Of a DNA stretch of 11,147 bases, positions 1 to 7,924 are shown piece by piece. Numbering within the stretch: position 1 is the stretch's first letter; every line of letters begins with the position of its first letter. Source of the DNA: a virus (Duplodnaviria > Heunggongvirae > Uroviricota > Caudoviricetes). The stretch is from positions 1-11,147 of IMG/VR virus record IMGVR_UViG_2585427748_000016. One strand, 5' to 3'. Both the position numbers and the translations under genes were made by a program. The notes below the pieces were generated by a model. It saw only the letters and a program-made list of their open reading frames with translations, did no database searches and was not told the DNA's origin.

Positions 1-1284
1 TTACTTCTTCGCCTCTGCAACCACTTTACTACCCACGCCGCGGTTATTGTATTCCCACATGCGGTTGTAGTTAGTGTCATTCAGATTGCGCTGTATTTCG
101 TCGTTATCATCTACGCTGCCGGTATTACCCGCAAACGGACGATTAGAGATCACCGCATCGGCCCACGGTTTAGCCGTGTTAAAACCTTCGTTGATGGCGC
201 TATCACGGATCACCACCTGACCGTTGGTATTGGCATCAACATCCAGCGAGCGGCCCAGTTGCGCCACACCATCACCGAAAGCATTGAAACGGCTGTTTAC
301 GGCGAGGAAACCGTAGTAAATGTTGGACAGCGTAGCCGGTGCAAACACATACGCTTCTTGCTGAGTACGTGAGTTCACCACGCGGAATTCGGTGTTATCG
401 AACACCACTGCGCCGCGACCAAAAACGATATCCACATCCCCTTCAATGTAGCTGTTGGTCACCAGCGTACGCGGCTGACGATTTGTTTCCAGACGGTTCT
501 GCACACCGCTGTTGGTGACAAAGAAGGTGTTCTGACGACCGAGAATGTTAACGTTGTTAATCTGTACCTGGTCACCATCAGTACGCAGTGCCACCGCCGG
601 ATGGTTACCTGCATCTACGCTATCGCCCAGCGTGTTTTCGATGGTCAGATTTTGCAGTTGCAGGCCATTGTTTTGTGACCAGAAGACCGCAGAGCAGAGA
701 ACACCGATACTGTCGCTGCGTTTGCTCTGGCAGCTATCGTACATATACCACGCTGGTTTACCTGGCATATATTTGCCGCGCGGGTTGACGTCGTGACGCC
801 AGTCGGCAGGGCTCATGCCACCATCAAGGGAAAGCCCAATCTTCACATCAATCGGTTTTTCACCTGTACCGTACAGAGTAATTCCACCCGGAGCGGCAGG
901 GACATATACCGTTCCCTGATACTCACCAGGCATCACGGCAATATACTGGCGCTTGTTGGTACGCTTGATAATTGCCGCATCTACCGCCGCCTGAATCGTG
1001 GTATGCGTTACACCTTGAGTGCCCGCCGGGCCGACAACAAAGTCAGGTTGCGCAGGCAGGGTAATCGGGGAAGGATTCCACGCTGCAGCACCTGGTGTCA
1101 GGGATGCAAAATAGTGTTGAGCATCGAAATTCTGCGCTTCTTTTGCCGACAGAATCGGGCGAGAAGAGGTACCAGGCGCGGTTTGATCAGAAGGACGTTG
1201 ATCGGGCGGGGTTGAGCTACAGGCGGTCAGCGTCACGCCAAAAGCCAATGCCAGCGCCAGACGGGAAACTGAAAATGTGTTCAC
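1..1284 (-). CDS. ybhC: YbhC-like outer-membrane lipoprotein (pectinesterase-like acyl-CoA thioesterase family)
   Basis: Complete 427-aa ORF with the stop codon at window position 1-3. N-terminal signal peptide with lipobox LTAC. Length and position immediately beside the lambda att core match E. coli ybhC as recalled. Confidence 0.85.
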   Translation of the reverse strand: MNTFSVSRLALALAFGVTLTACSSTPPDQRPSDQTAPGTSSRPILSAKEAQNFDAQHYFASLTPGAAAWNPSPITLPAQPDFVVGPAGTQGVTHTTIQAAVDAAIIKRTNKRQYIAVMPGEYQGTVYVPAAPGGITLYGTGEKPIDVKIGLSLDGGMSPADWRHDVNPRGKYMPGKPAWYMYDSCQSKRSDSIGVLCSAVFWSQNNGLQLQNLTIENTLGDSVDAGNHPAVALRTDGDQVQINNVNILGRQNTFFVTNSGVQNRLETNRQPRTLVTNSYIEGDVDIVFGRGAVVFDNTEFRVVNSRTQQEAYVFAPATLSNIYYGFLAVNSRFNAFGDGVAQLGRSLDVDANTNGQVVIRDSAINEGFNTAKPWADAVISNRPFAGNTGSVDDNDEIQRNLNDTNYNRMWEYNNRGVGSKVVAEAKK

Positions 1285-1315
1285 AGGTTGCTCCGGGCTA
1301 TGAAATAGAAAAATG

Positions 1316-1418
1316 AATCCGTTGAAGCCTGCTTTTTTATACTAAGTTGGCATTATAAAAAAGCATTGCTTATCAATTTGTTGCAACGAACAGGTCACTA
1401 TCAGTCAAAATAAAATCA
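1316..1418. other. attL: bacterial B arm, 15-bp core GCTTTTTTATACTAA (1331-1345), phage P' arm with Int arm-type sites
   Basis: Exact lambda att core at 1331-1345. The downstream sequence GTTGGCATTATAAAAAAGCATTGCTTATCAATTTGTTGCAACGAACAGGTCACTATCAGTCAAAATAAAATCATTATTTG matches the lambda P' arm as recalled, including the direct repeats AGGTCACTAT and CAGTCAAAAT. Upstream GAAGCCT matches the attB flank. Confidence 0.9.
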
Positions 1419-2489
1419 TTATTTGATTTCAATTTTGTCCCACTCCCTGCCTCTGTCATCACGATACTGTGATGCCATGGTGTCCGACTTATGCCCGAGA
1501 AGATGTTGAGCAAACTTATCGCTTATCTGCTTCTCATAGAGTCTTGCAGACAAACTGCGCAACTCGTGAAAGGTAGGCGGATCCCCTTCGAAGGAAAGAC
1601 CTGATGCTTTTCGTGCGCGCATAAAATACCTTGATACTGTGCCGGATGAAAGCGGTTCACGACGAGTAGATGCAATTATGGTTTCTCCGCCAAGAATCTT
1701 TTTGCATTTATCAAGTGTTTCCTTCATTGATATCCCGAGAGCATCAACATGCAATGTTGTTGGGATGGCAATTTTTACGCCTGTTTTGCTTTGCTCGACA
1801 TAAAGATATCCATCTACGATATCAGACCACTTCATTTCGCATAAATCACCAACTCGCTGCCCGGTAACAACAGCCAGTTCCATTGCAAGTCTAAGCCAAC
1901 ATGGTGATGATTCTGCTGCTTGATAAATTTTCAGGTATTCGTCAGCCGTAAGTCTTGATCTCCTTACCTCTGATTTTGCAGCGCGAGTGGCTGCGACCGG
2001 GTTTGTTGTTATATGGCCTTCAGCTATAGCCTCTCGGAATGCATCGCTCAGTGTTGATCTGATTAACTTGGCTGATGCCGCCTTGCCCTCGTCTATGTAT
2101 CCATTGAGCATTGCCGCAATTTCTTTTGTGGTGATGTCTTCAAGTGGAGCATCAGGCAGACCCCTCCTTATTGCTTTAATTTTGCTCATGTAATTTATGA
2201 GTGTCTTCTGCTTGATTCCTCTGCTGGCCAGGATTTTTTCGTAGCGATCAAGCCATGAATGTAACGTAACGGAATTATCACTGTTGATTCTCGCTGTCAG
2301 AGGCTTGTGTTTGTGTCCTGAAAATAACTCAATGTTGGCCTGTATAGCTTCAGTGATTGCGATTCGCCTGTCTCGGCCTAATCCAAACTCTTTACCCGTC
2401 CTTGGGTCCCTGTAGCAGTAATATCCATTGTTTCTTATATAAAGGTTAGGGGGTAAATCCCGGCGCTCATGACTTCGCCTTCTTCCCAT
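1419..2489 (-). CDS. int: Lambda-type integrase (tyrosine recombinase)
   Basis: 356-aa ORF next to attL, the same length as lambda Int. C-terminal catalytic motifs are present: HELRSLSARLY (His/Arg) and LLGHKSDTMASQY (His and the nucleophilic Tyr). Confidence 0.95.
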   Translation of the reverse strand: MGRRRSHERRDLPPNLYIRNNGYYCYRDPRTGKEFGLGRDRRIAITEAIQANIELFSGHKHKPLTARINSDNSVTLHSWLDRYEKILASRGIKQKTLINYMSKIKAIRRGLPDAPLEDITTKEIAAMLNGYIDEGKAASAKLIRSTLSDAFREAIAEGHITTNPVAATRAAKSEVRRSRLTADEYLKIYQAAESSPCWLRLAMELAVVTGQRVGDLCEMKWSDIVDGYLYVEQSKTGVKIAIPTTLHVDALGISMKETLDKCKKILGGETIIASTRREPLSSGTVSRYFMRARKASGLSFEGDPPTFHELRSLSARLYEKQISDKFAQHLLGHKSDTMASQYRDDRGREWDKIEIK

Positions 2490-2685
2490 TTCTGATCCTC
2501 TTCAAAAGGCTACCTGTTACTGGTCGATTTAAGTCAACCTTTACCGCTGATTCGTGGAACAGATACTCTCTTCCATCCTTAACCGGAGGAGGGAATATCC
2601 TGCACTCGCGTACCCATCGACGAACTGTTTCAAGGCTTCTTGGGCGTCGCTGGCGTGCGTTCCACTCCTGAAGTGTCAAGTACAT
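2467..2685 (-). CDS. xis: Excisionase
   Basis: 72-aa ORF whose 3' end overlaps the int start by 23 nt. Starts MYLTLQEWNARQRRPRSLETVRRW, a lambda Xis-like winged-helix N-terminus. Same length as lambda Xis. Confidence 0.9.
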   Translation of the reverse strand: MYLTLQEWNARQRRPRSLETVRRWVRECRIFPPPVKDGREYLFHESAVKVDLNRPVTGSLLKRIRNGKKAKS

Positions 2686-2724
2686 CGCAAAGTCTCCGCA
2701 ATTACACGCAAGAAAAAACCGCCA

Positions 2725-2892
2725 TCAGGCGGCTTGGTGTTCTTTCAGTTCTTCAATTCGAATATTGGTTACGTCTGCATGTGCTATCTGCGCCCACAGC
2801 ATCCAGTGGTCATAGCAGTCGCTGATGTTCTCGGCTTCGATAACTCTGTTGAATGGTTCTCCATTCCATTCACCTGTGACTCGGAAGTGCAT
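2725..2892 (-). CDS. Small exo-xis region protein (55 aa, lambda orf55-like by position and length)
   Basis: ATG at 2892 to TGA at 2725-2727 on the minus strand, translating MHFRVTGEWNGEPFNRVIEAENISDCYDHWMLWAQIAHADVTNIRIEELKEHQAA. It lies directly upstream of xis in the same orientation. It is absent from the supplied ORF track only because it is shorter than 60 aa. Confidence 0.55.
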   Translation of the reverse strand: MHFRVTGEWNGEPFNRVIEAENISDCYDHWMLWAQIAHADVTNIRIEELKEHQAA

Positions 2893-2905
2893 TTATCATC
2901 TCCAT

Positions 2906-2928
2906 AAAAAAAACTCGCCGTAGCGAGT
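2906..2928 (-). terminator. Putative intrinsic terminator downstream of the DUF1311-like gene
   Basis: Hairpin ACTCGC-CGTA-GCGAGT at 2913-2928 followed on the minus strand by a U-tract (plus-strand A-run 2906-2912). Confidence 0.5.
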
Positions 2929-3128
2929 TCAGATAAAAGAAATCCCCGCGAGTGCGAGGATAGTTATTCATTGTCGATATTTACATTTATTTCGAATATC
3001 TTTACTGGGTAATCGCCAAAGTCATATATTTTTTATTCTGTTTTATAAGCACTACCAAGTACTGCTTATTACAAATAAGAAAAGGCTGAAAAAAATATTT
3101 AAGACCACAACTGTGGCCCTAAATTTAC

Positions 3129-3827
3129 TTACGGCACTGCGTTAATCAGATTACAAATACCTCTTTTGGCAGGGTCTGAATTCAACTTCTGAAAATTGGC
3201 GTTCAACATAGCCGTGTGTAAGTGATTCTCAACCTCAAAGAATAGGTCGATTTTGCCCTCTTTGGCTGCCTGTTTCTTCCAAATATTCACTTGGTCATCA
3301 GCAATACGACTAGCGCAAGTGAACAAGAACGAACTGCCTCTAGGAATGGATGTCGTGCTGTAATACTCACCATCTACTTCTACATATTTAGCTCGGAATG
3401 ACTCTAAGGTTAGCTTATTGCCGTTCTTGACCGACTTAGCTTCTGCCTTACTTGTATCTTCCTGCTCTTTAGAATGTTTCTGCGCCGACGTGGGTATGTC
3501 ATTGGCCGCTGTTACGCTGACTGAACTCCCCAAACCTTTGAGGCCATTAATTTGGATAAGATAAGCCAGCTCCAGAGCCTTATTATCAGTGAGTTTTCCA
3601 CGCATATTTACCCACTGACGTTGAACCATTTTTAGGGTGTCTGCGTTCTCTGGGTTTCCTTTGAGGGCACTAGAATAGGCAGAGCTAAGCTGTTCGTCTA
3701 ATTTTGACAGACGTTCGTTATCGCAGATTTTATGTTCGATTGCTGTCGAAGCCTTTTGGCAGTCAAAGCTGGCTGCAAATGCACCCGGCGATGCCACTAA
3801 CAATGATGCCAGTAGGATATTTTTCAT
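3129..3827 (-). CDS. Secreted protein with N-terminal DUF1311/LprI-like domain and uncharacterised C-terminal domain (putative moron)
   Basis: 232-aa ORF from the ATG at 3827, preceded by a GGAG Shine-Dalgarno. Sec-type signal peptide MKNILLASLLVASPGAFA. The mature N-terminus FDCQKASTAIEHKICDNERLSKLDEQLSSAYSS...VQRQWVNMRG resembles the DUF1311 (LprI N-terminal) motif. The track ORF 3129-3854 starts at an upstream in-frame Met with no good RBS. Confidence 0.6.
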   Translation of the reverse strand: MKNILLASLLVASPGAFAASFDCQKASTAIEHKICDNERLSKLDEQLSSAYSSALKGNPENADTLKMVQRQWVNMRGKLTDNKALELAYLIQINGLKGLGSSVSVTAANDIPTSAQKHSKEQEDTSKAEAKSVKNGNKLTLESFRAKYVEVDGEYYSTTSIPRGSSFLFTCASRIADDQVNIWKKQAAKEGKIDLFFEVENHLHTAMLNANFQKLNSDPAKRGICNLINAVP

Positions 3828-3855
3828 ATTCACTCCATAAATACAAAAGCGCATT

Positions 3856-3890
3856 ACTATAGCACTTAACCGATCGCTTATCTCGCCCGT
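3856..3890 (-). promoter_or_regulatory. Candidate sigma70 promoter with extended -10 (TGcTATAGT) for the DUF1311-like gene
   Basis: Minus-strand sequence GTGCTATAGTAATG lies about 30 nt upstream of the ATG, in the 103-bp gap between the ea22 stop and the gene start. The -35 element is weak. Confidence 0.3.
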
Positions 3891-3957
3891 TCGTCATTCT
3901 TATCTAACCAGAACATGCGACTGCCACAGCACATGTCGAGGATTGCTGCATGTCCAG

Positions 3958-4506
3958 TCACTGGTTGCCTCCTTTGCGAAGCTGGGCGGCTAACTCATCA
4001 CATATGTGCGTCAAAGAGCAAAGTTTGATTGATGGATGTTCGCGCATCATCTCCACCCCCTGCGCCCGTACTTCAGCCAGGAAAGCATCGGTGGCTGGCA
4101 TATTTCCTGTTGCCTTCATGGCCTCCAAAATAACCAGAACACCATCTCTCCCAATCTCCTCGCAGATAACCTCGGTGCTGTCGCCAACAACATCGCAGAA
4201 TTCCTGAACTGCTTTACGAGCCAGCTCATTCTCCGCCGCCAGCGCCGAAAACTTCTCGTGTGCCAACTTAACAGCTGCATCAGCCTGCTTAATTGACTCA
4301 GTCGCTTTCTGGTGGTCTTCGGCCAGCCCTGCTAAATCAGCCTCCAGTTCGGCTAGGCGTTCATTTAATGCATCTCGTTCATCCAGTAGAGCCAGCACAA
4401 CCTGAGGTGTGACTTTCATACGAAATGCCAGCAATTTTTGAGGTGTTGCTACTGTTTCAATTGCTACTGCCGCCTCACGCAGTGCCTGAGAGTTAATTTC
4501 GCTCAC
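3958..4506 (-). CDS. ea22: Ea22-like exo-xis region protein (coiled-coil)
   Basis: 182-aa ORF with a GTG start overlapping the upstream stop (GTGA). The N-terminus MSEINSQALREAA and the LALLDERD segment match lambda Ea22 as recalled; the C-terminal two thirds appear divergent (mosaic). Confidence 0.65.
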   Translation of the reverse strand: MSEINSQALREAAVAIETVATPQKLLAFRMKVTPQVVLALLDERDALNERLAELEADLAGLAEDHQKATESIKQADAAVKLAHEKFSALAAENELARKAVQEFCDVVGDSTEVICEEIGRDGVLVILEAMKATGNMPATDAFLAEVRAQGVEMMREHPSIKLCSLTHICDELAAQLRKGGNQ

Positions 4507-4724
4507 TTCGAACCTCTCTGTTTACTGATAAGTTCCAGATCCTCCTGGCAACTTGCACAAGTCCGACAACCCTGAACGGCCAAGCGTCTTCGTTCATCTA
4601 TCGGATCGCCACACTCACAACAATGAGTGGCAGATATAGCCTGGTGGTTCAGGCGGCGCATTTTTATTGCTGTGTTGCGCTGTAATTCTTCAATTTCTGA
4701 TGCTGAATCAATGATGTCTGCCAT
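4503..4724 (-). CDS. TraR/DksA-family C4 zinc-finger protein (lambda orf73-like)
   Basis: 73-aa ORF with CCECG-(17)-CRTCASC, a CxxC...CxxC zinc finger typical of phage TraR-like proteins. Its position between orf63 and ea22 matches the exo-xis region. Confidence 0.7.
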   Translation of the reverse strand: MADIIDSASEIEELQRNTAIKMRRLNHQAISATHCCECGDPIDERRRLAVQGCRTCASCQEDLELISKQRGSK

Positions 4725-4773
4725 CTTTCATTAATCCCTGAATTGTTGGTTAATACGCTTGAGGGTGAATGCG

Positions 4774-4800
4774 AATAATAAAAAAGGAGCCTGTAGCTCC
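4774..4800 (-). terminator. Weak candidate intrinsic terminator within the exo-xis operon
   Basis: 5-bp GC-rich stem GGAGC/GCTCC (4786-4800) followed on the minus strand by UUUUUUAUUAUU. Confidence 0.25.
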
Positions 4801-4822
4801 CTGATGATTTTGCTTTTCATGT

Positions 4823-5038
4823 TCACCGTTCCTTAAAGACGCCGTTCAACAAGCCGATCGCCAGCCTTAAATGAGTCGGTGTGAATCCCATCAGCGTTAC
4901 CGTTTCGCGGTGCTTCTTTAGTACGCTACGGCAAATGTCATCGACGTTTTTATCCGGAAACTGCTGTCTGGCTTTTTTGATTTCAGAATTAGCCTGACGG
5001 GCAATGCTGCGAAGGGCGTTTTCTTGCTGAGGTGTCAT
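4823..5038 (-). CDS. Hypothetical exo-xis region protein (71 aa from the Met at 5038; the track ORF extends to 5104)
   Basis: ORF in the same orientation, tightly packed between orf63 and the orf73-like gene. The start codon is ambiguous (ATG at 5104 or 5038). No recognisable motif. Confidence 0.45.
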   Translation of the reverse strand: MTPQQENALRSIARQANSEIKKARQQFPDKNVDDICRSVLKKHRETVTLMGFTPTHLRLAIGLLNGVFKER

Positions 5039-5114
5039 TGAACAAGCCCCATGTCGGCAAGCATAAGCACACAGAATATGAAGCCCGCTGCCAGAAAAAT
5101 GCATTCAGTGGTTG

Positions 5115-5306
5115 TCATACCTGGTCTCTCTCATCTGCTTCTGCTTTCGCCACCATCATTTCCAGCTTTTGTGAAAGGGATGCGGCTAACGTATGAAATT
5201 CTTCGTCTGTTTCTACTGGTATTGGCACAAACCTGACTCCAATTTGAGCGAGGCTATGTGCCATCTCGATACTCGTTCTTAACTCAACGGGAGATGCTTT
5301 GTGCAT
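5115..5306 (-). CDS. Exo-xis region protein, lambda orf63-like
   Basis: 63-aa [40 protein letters not shown]..., matching lambda orf63 in length and position. Confidence 0.6.
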   Translation of the reverse strand: MHKASPVELRTSIEMAHSLAQIGVRFVPIPVETDEEFHTLAASLSQKLEMMVAKAEADERDQV

Positions 5307-5422
5307 ACAGCTCCCCGTTTATTATTTATCTCCTCAGCCAGCCGCTGTGCTTTCAGGGGATTTCTGATAACAGAAAGGCCGGGAAGCCCAATATTTGATA
5401 CCAGACCTCTCCGCGCCGCCAT
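5279..5422 (-). CDS. Small ORF (47 aa) overlapping the orf63 start by 28 nt; possible truncated or chimeric orf60a-like gene at the deletion junction
   Basis: ATG at 5422 with an AGGAGA Shine-Dalgarno 9 nt upstream. A 28-nt overlap with the orf63 start is the same arrangement as recalled for lambda orf60a/orf63. The N-terminal part may derive from junction sequence. Confidence 0.3.
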   Translation of the reverse strand: MAARRGLVSNIGLPGLSVIRNPLKAQRLAEEINNKRGAVCTKHLPLS

Positions 5423-5454
5423 GATTGTCTTTCTCCTGATGCAGGAGGCCAATA

Positions 5455-5649
5455 ATGCTTAGCCCATCTCAATCCCTTCAATACCTGAAAGGAAGCATAG
5501 AGCGGGCTTCAATGTGCACAGAGTGGATTCTATCTAGGTTTAGCGCATACAGAAGATTGCCGGTAAAGGGCATGCCAAGCAAGTCGATGCTGCATATGCA
5601 AAAGAATGCGCGCTGGAAGGTATGGCGAAAACACAGGTTATGTGGCTGA
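5455..5649 (+). CDS. Hypothetical 64-aa ORF at the junction, with a strong Shine-Dalgarno
   Basis: AGGAGG followed by 7 nt and ATG at 5455. No recognisable motif. Overlaps the ybcO-like remnant in another frame, so it may be fortuitous. Confidence 0.25.
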   Translation: MLSPSQSLQYLKGSIERASMCTEWILSRFSAYRRLPVKGMPSKSMLHMQKNARWKVWRKHRLCG

Positions 5650-5672
5650 AAGAGGGGATTATTAAGGCGTGA
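5544..5672 (+). pseudogene. 3' remnant of a ybcO-like (DUF1364 nuclease family) nin-region gene, lacking a start
   Basis: The frame ending at TGA 5670-5672 translates ...[34 protein letters not shown], resembling the C-terminus of DLP12 YbcO as recalled. An in-frame stop at 5541-5543 leaves no N-terminal region. Its stop overlaps the rusA GTG start. Confidence 0.4.
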
Positions 5673-6031
5673 ATACCTACAGCATCACATTACCCTGGCC
5701 TCCGAGCAATAATCGCTATTACCGCCATAATCGCGGGCGCACGCACGTCAGCGCAGAGGGGCAGGCATACCGCGATAACGTCGCCAGAATCATTAAAAAC
5801 GCAATGCTGGATATCGGCCTGGCTATCCCTGTGAAAATCCGCATTGAGTGCCACATGCCGGATCGCCGTCGCCGTGACCTGGATAATCTGCAAAAAGCCG
5901 CTTTTGACGCACTCACTAAAGCAGGTTTCTGGCTGGATGATGCTCAGGTCGTTGATTACCGCGTTGTGAAGATGCCTGTTACCAAAGGTGGGAGGCTGGA
6001 ACTGACCATCACCGAAATGGGGAATGAATGA
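5669..6031 (+). CDS. rusA: Holliday junction resolvase RusA
   Basis: 120-aa ORF with a GTG start, [37 protein letters not shown]..., matching the RusA family (DLP12-type) in length and sequence as recalled. Confidence 0.85.
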   Translation: MNTYSITLPWPPSNNRYYRHNRGRTHVSAEGQAYRDNVARIIKNAMLDIGLAIPVKIRIECHMPDRRRRDLDNLQKAAFDALTKAGFWLDDAQVVDYRVVKMPVTKGGRLELTITEMGNE

Positions 6032-6168
6032 TGTTTGAGTTTTATGTGGCAGAACGTCTTCGCCACCGCTGGATGCGCCTGCGCTTATATCGTTTTCCTG
6101 GTTCTGTTTTGACCGATTACCGAATACTGAAGAATTACGCCAAAACCCAGACAGGAGCAGGAGTATGA
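6028..6168 (+). CDS. ylcG: Small nin-region protein (46 aa), YlcG-like
   Basis: ATGATG start overlapping the rusA stop (ATGA), translating [46 protein letters not shown]. Its position between rusA and the Q-like gene is as in DLP12. Confidence 0.5.
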   Translation: MMFEFYVAERLRHRWMRLRLYRFPGSVLTDYRILKNYAKTQTGAGV

Positions 6169-6253
6169 AGTCAGAGATAACAATCAACTAATACTGTTTT
6201 GTTGATTTTTGCTTGTAATTGGCGTTCTGGTCTGATTTTTGTGGAGTAAGTTG

Positions 6254-6637
6254 ATGCGTGATATTCAGATGGTTCTTGAGCGTTGGGGAGCGTGGGCGGC
6301 TAATAATCATGAAGATGTGACCTGGTCGTCCATTGCCGCCGGTTTTAAGGGATTAATTACTTCAAAAGTAAAATCTCGCCCGCAATGTTGTGACGATGAC
6401 GCGATGATTATTTGCGGGTGCATGGCCCGTCTGAAAAAGAACAACAGCGATTTGCACGATTTATTAGTAGATTATTATGTAGTCGGTATGACATTCATGT
6501 CACTGGCAGGTAAGCATTGCTGCTCTGATGGTTATATCGGGAAAAGGTTACAGAAGGCTGAGGGCATAATTGAAGGGATGTTAATGGCATTAGATATCCG
6601 GTTAGAGATGGATATCGTTGTTAATAACTCTAATTAA
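6254..6637 (+). CDS. quuD: Late-gene antiterminator, Q-like (QuuD type)
   Basis: 127 aa from [18 protein letters not shown]..., with GGAG 7 nt upstream. Cysteine-rich ([18 protein letters not shown]) small Q-family protein located between rusA/ylcG and the lysis genes. The track ORF begins at an upstream in-frame Met at 6239. Confidence 0.8.
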   Translation: MRDIQMVLERWGAWAANNHEDVTWSSIAAGFKGLITSKVKSRPQCCDDDAMIICGCMARLKKNNSDLHDLLVDYYVVGMTFMSLAGKHCCSDGYIGKRLQKAEGIIEGMLMALDIRLEMDIVVNNSN

Positions 6638-6670
6638 TATGCCAGTTGTTTACTAAAAATTATTAAAAAT

Positions 6671-6688
6671 GGGGCGTTGCAACGCCCC
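6671..6688 (-). terminator. Perfect palindrome GGGGCGTTGCAACGCCCC, probable terminator for the convergent porin gene
   Basis: 7-bp GC-rich stem with a 4-nt loop, followed on the minus strand by AUUUUUAAUAAUUUUU. Confidence 0.45.
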
Positions 6689-6776
6689 CAAAAATAAAGG
6701 GTAATATATAACAGAAGGTTTATATAGTTAGAAGCAAGGTTGTGCTCCTAAAGGAAGTGGCTTGAGGGAGCCACTT

Positions 6777-6816
6777 ATATGTTGGGGAGGCAAAGCCTCC
6801 CGCAACATATCTTTTT
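6777..6816 (+). terminator. Long hairpin plus T-run between the Q-like gene and the porin 3' end (bidirectional terminator region)
   Basis: ATATGTTGGGGAGGC-AAA-GCCTCCC(G)CAACATAT: a stem of about 15 bp with one bulge, followed by CTTTTT at 6811-6816. It lies 10 nt beyond the porin stop, so it may serve both strands. Confidence 0.5.
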
Positions 6817-6826
6817 CGTAATCAGA

Positions 6827-7924
6827 TTAGAACTGGTAAACCAGACCTACAGCAACGATGTCATCAGTGCTTACACTGAGTGCTTTAGTGAAGTCATTTT
6901 TGTCAAGCAGGTTGATTTTGTAATCAACGAAAGTAGACATATTTTTGTTGAAGTAATAGGTTGCACCTACATCAACATATTTGACTAAGTCCTGATCGCC
7001 CCATACTCCAAGATCCTTACCTTTAGATTGCAGGTAAGCAACGGACGGACGCAGACCGAAATCGAACTGATATTGTGCAACAGCTTCGAAGTTTTGGGCT
7101 TTATTAGCAACGAAGTGATCAGCAAATACAGTCATATTCTGGGTTTCAGAATAGGTAGTGGCCAGGTAAATGTTGTTAGCGTCATATTTCAGACCTGCGG
7201 CCCAAACTTCTGCATTTTTACCGGAAGCAAATACTTCAGGAAGAACTTTCCCTGCATTAACTTGAGTGTCGGTACGATCAGATTTCGCATAAGTTGCACC
7301 GATACCGAATCCTTCGTATTCATAGGTAGCAGAGAAACCGAAGCCATCACCGTTACCTTCAGTGTAGTTATCGAAATCGCTACGATCGTTTTTGCCTTGG
7401 TACTGAGCAGCAAAGTTCAGACCATCAACCAGACCAAAGAAGTCGTTGTTACGATAGGTTGCAACACCAGTTGCACGTTGAGTCATGAACACGTCGGTTT
7501 GAGTCCAAGTGTCACCACCGAATTCTGGCAGGACGTCAGTCCACGCGCCGATGTCGTATGCTACACCGTAGTTACGGCCGTAATCGATGGAGCCGTAGTC
7601 ACCGAATTTCAGGCCTGCAAATGCAAGACGGGTTTTGTCTTTGGAGGAGCCTTGAGATTCAGCGCGGTTGCCTTTGAATTCATATTCCCACTGACCGAAA
7701 CCAGTCAGTTGATCGTTGATTTGGGTTTCACCTTTGAAGCCAAGACGGGCATAAGTAGTATCACCATCATCTGCATCATTAGAGGAGAAGTAGTGCTTAG
7801 CATTAACTTTCCCGTACAGATCCAGCTTGTTACTGTCTTTATTATAAATTTCAGCTGCCTGAGCAGACATCGCCATCAGTACTGATGCAGCTACAGCAGA
7901 AATTGCCACTGTTAATTTTTTCAT
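6827..7924 (-). CDS. nmpC: Outer-membrane general porin, OmpC/OmpF/PhoE/NmpC family (prophage moron)
   Basis: 365 aa from [23 protein letters not shown], a signal peptide with AQA cleavage site. Mature protein starts [16 protein letters not shown], with a porin-typical C-terminal VGLVYQF ending in Phe. Uninterrupted in this window. The track ORF starts at an upstream Met at 7984. Confidence 0.85.
   Translation of the reverse strand: MKKLTVAISAVAASVLMAMSAQAAEIYNKDSNKLDLYGKVNAKHYFSSNDADDGDTTYARLGFKGETQINDQLTGFGQWEYEFKGNRAESQGSSKDKTRLAFAGLKFGDYGSIDYGRNYGVAYDIGAWTDVLPEFGGDTWTQTDVFMTQRATGVATYRNNDFFGLVDGLNFAAQYQGKNDRSDFDNYTEGNGDGFGFSATYEYEGFGIGATYAKSDRTDTQVNAGKVLPEVFASGKNAEVWAAGLKYDANNIYLATTYSETQNMTVFADHFVANKAQNFEAVAQYQFDFGLRPSVAYLQSKGKDLGVWGDQDLVKYVDVGATYYFNKNMSTFVDYKINLLDKNDFTKALSVSTDDIVAVGLVYQF

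Noticed and set aside
545-1316. Plus-strand ORFs 545-796, 588-788, 793-1215 and 1095-1316
   Set aside because: All lie antisense to, and inside, the well-supported ybhC coding region; they have no RBS and look like random open frames in GC-rich coding sequence.
1670-2193. Plus-strand ORFs 1670-1867 and 1987-2193
   Set aside because: Antisense within int; no independent support.
2554-2907. Plus-strand ORFs 2554-2907 and 2640-2825
   Set aside because: Antisense to xis and the 55-aa exo-xis gene, which together explain this interval better.
3828-3854. Upstream in-frame Met (MRFCIYGVNM) extending the DUF1311-like ORF to 241 aa
   Set aside because: The extension would bury the signal peptide and has no Shine-Dalgarno. 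The ATG at 3827 is preceded by GGAG and yields a canonical signal peptide.
3950-4296. Plus-strand ORFs 3950-4207 and 4036-4296
   Set aside because: Antisense within the Ea22-like gene.
4738-4820. 29-aa minus-strand ORF between the 71-aa ORF and the orf73-like gene
   Set aside because: Too short, no motif, and it overlaps a terminator-like hairpin; probably non-coding spacer.
5051-5236. Plus-strand ORF 5051-5236
   Set aside because: Antisense to orf63 and the 71-aa ORF in a tightly packed minus-strand operon.
5690-6187. Minus-strand ORFs 5690-6187 and 5719-5916
   Set aside because: Antisense to rusA and ylcG, which have clear family matches.
6779-7885. Plus-strand ORFs 6779-6988 and 7028-7885, and minus-strand ORF 7189-7413
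   Set aside because: All lie within the porin gene, antisense or out of frame. The 285-aa plus-strand frame is the typical long antisense open frame of a highly expressed gene.
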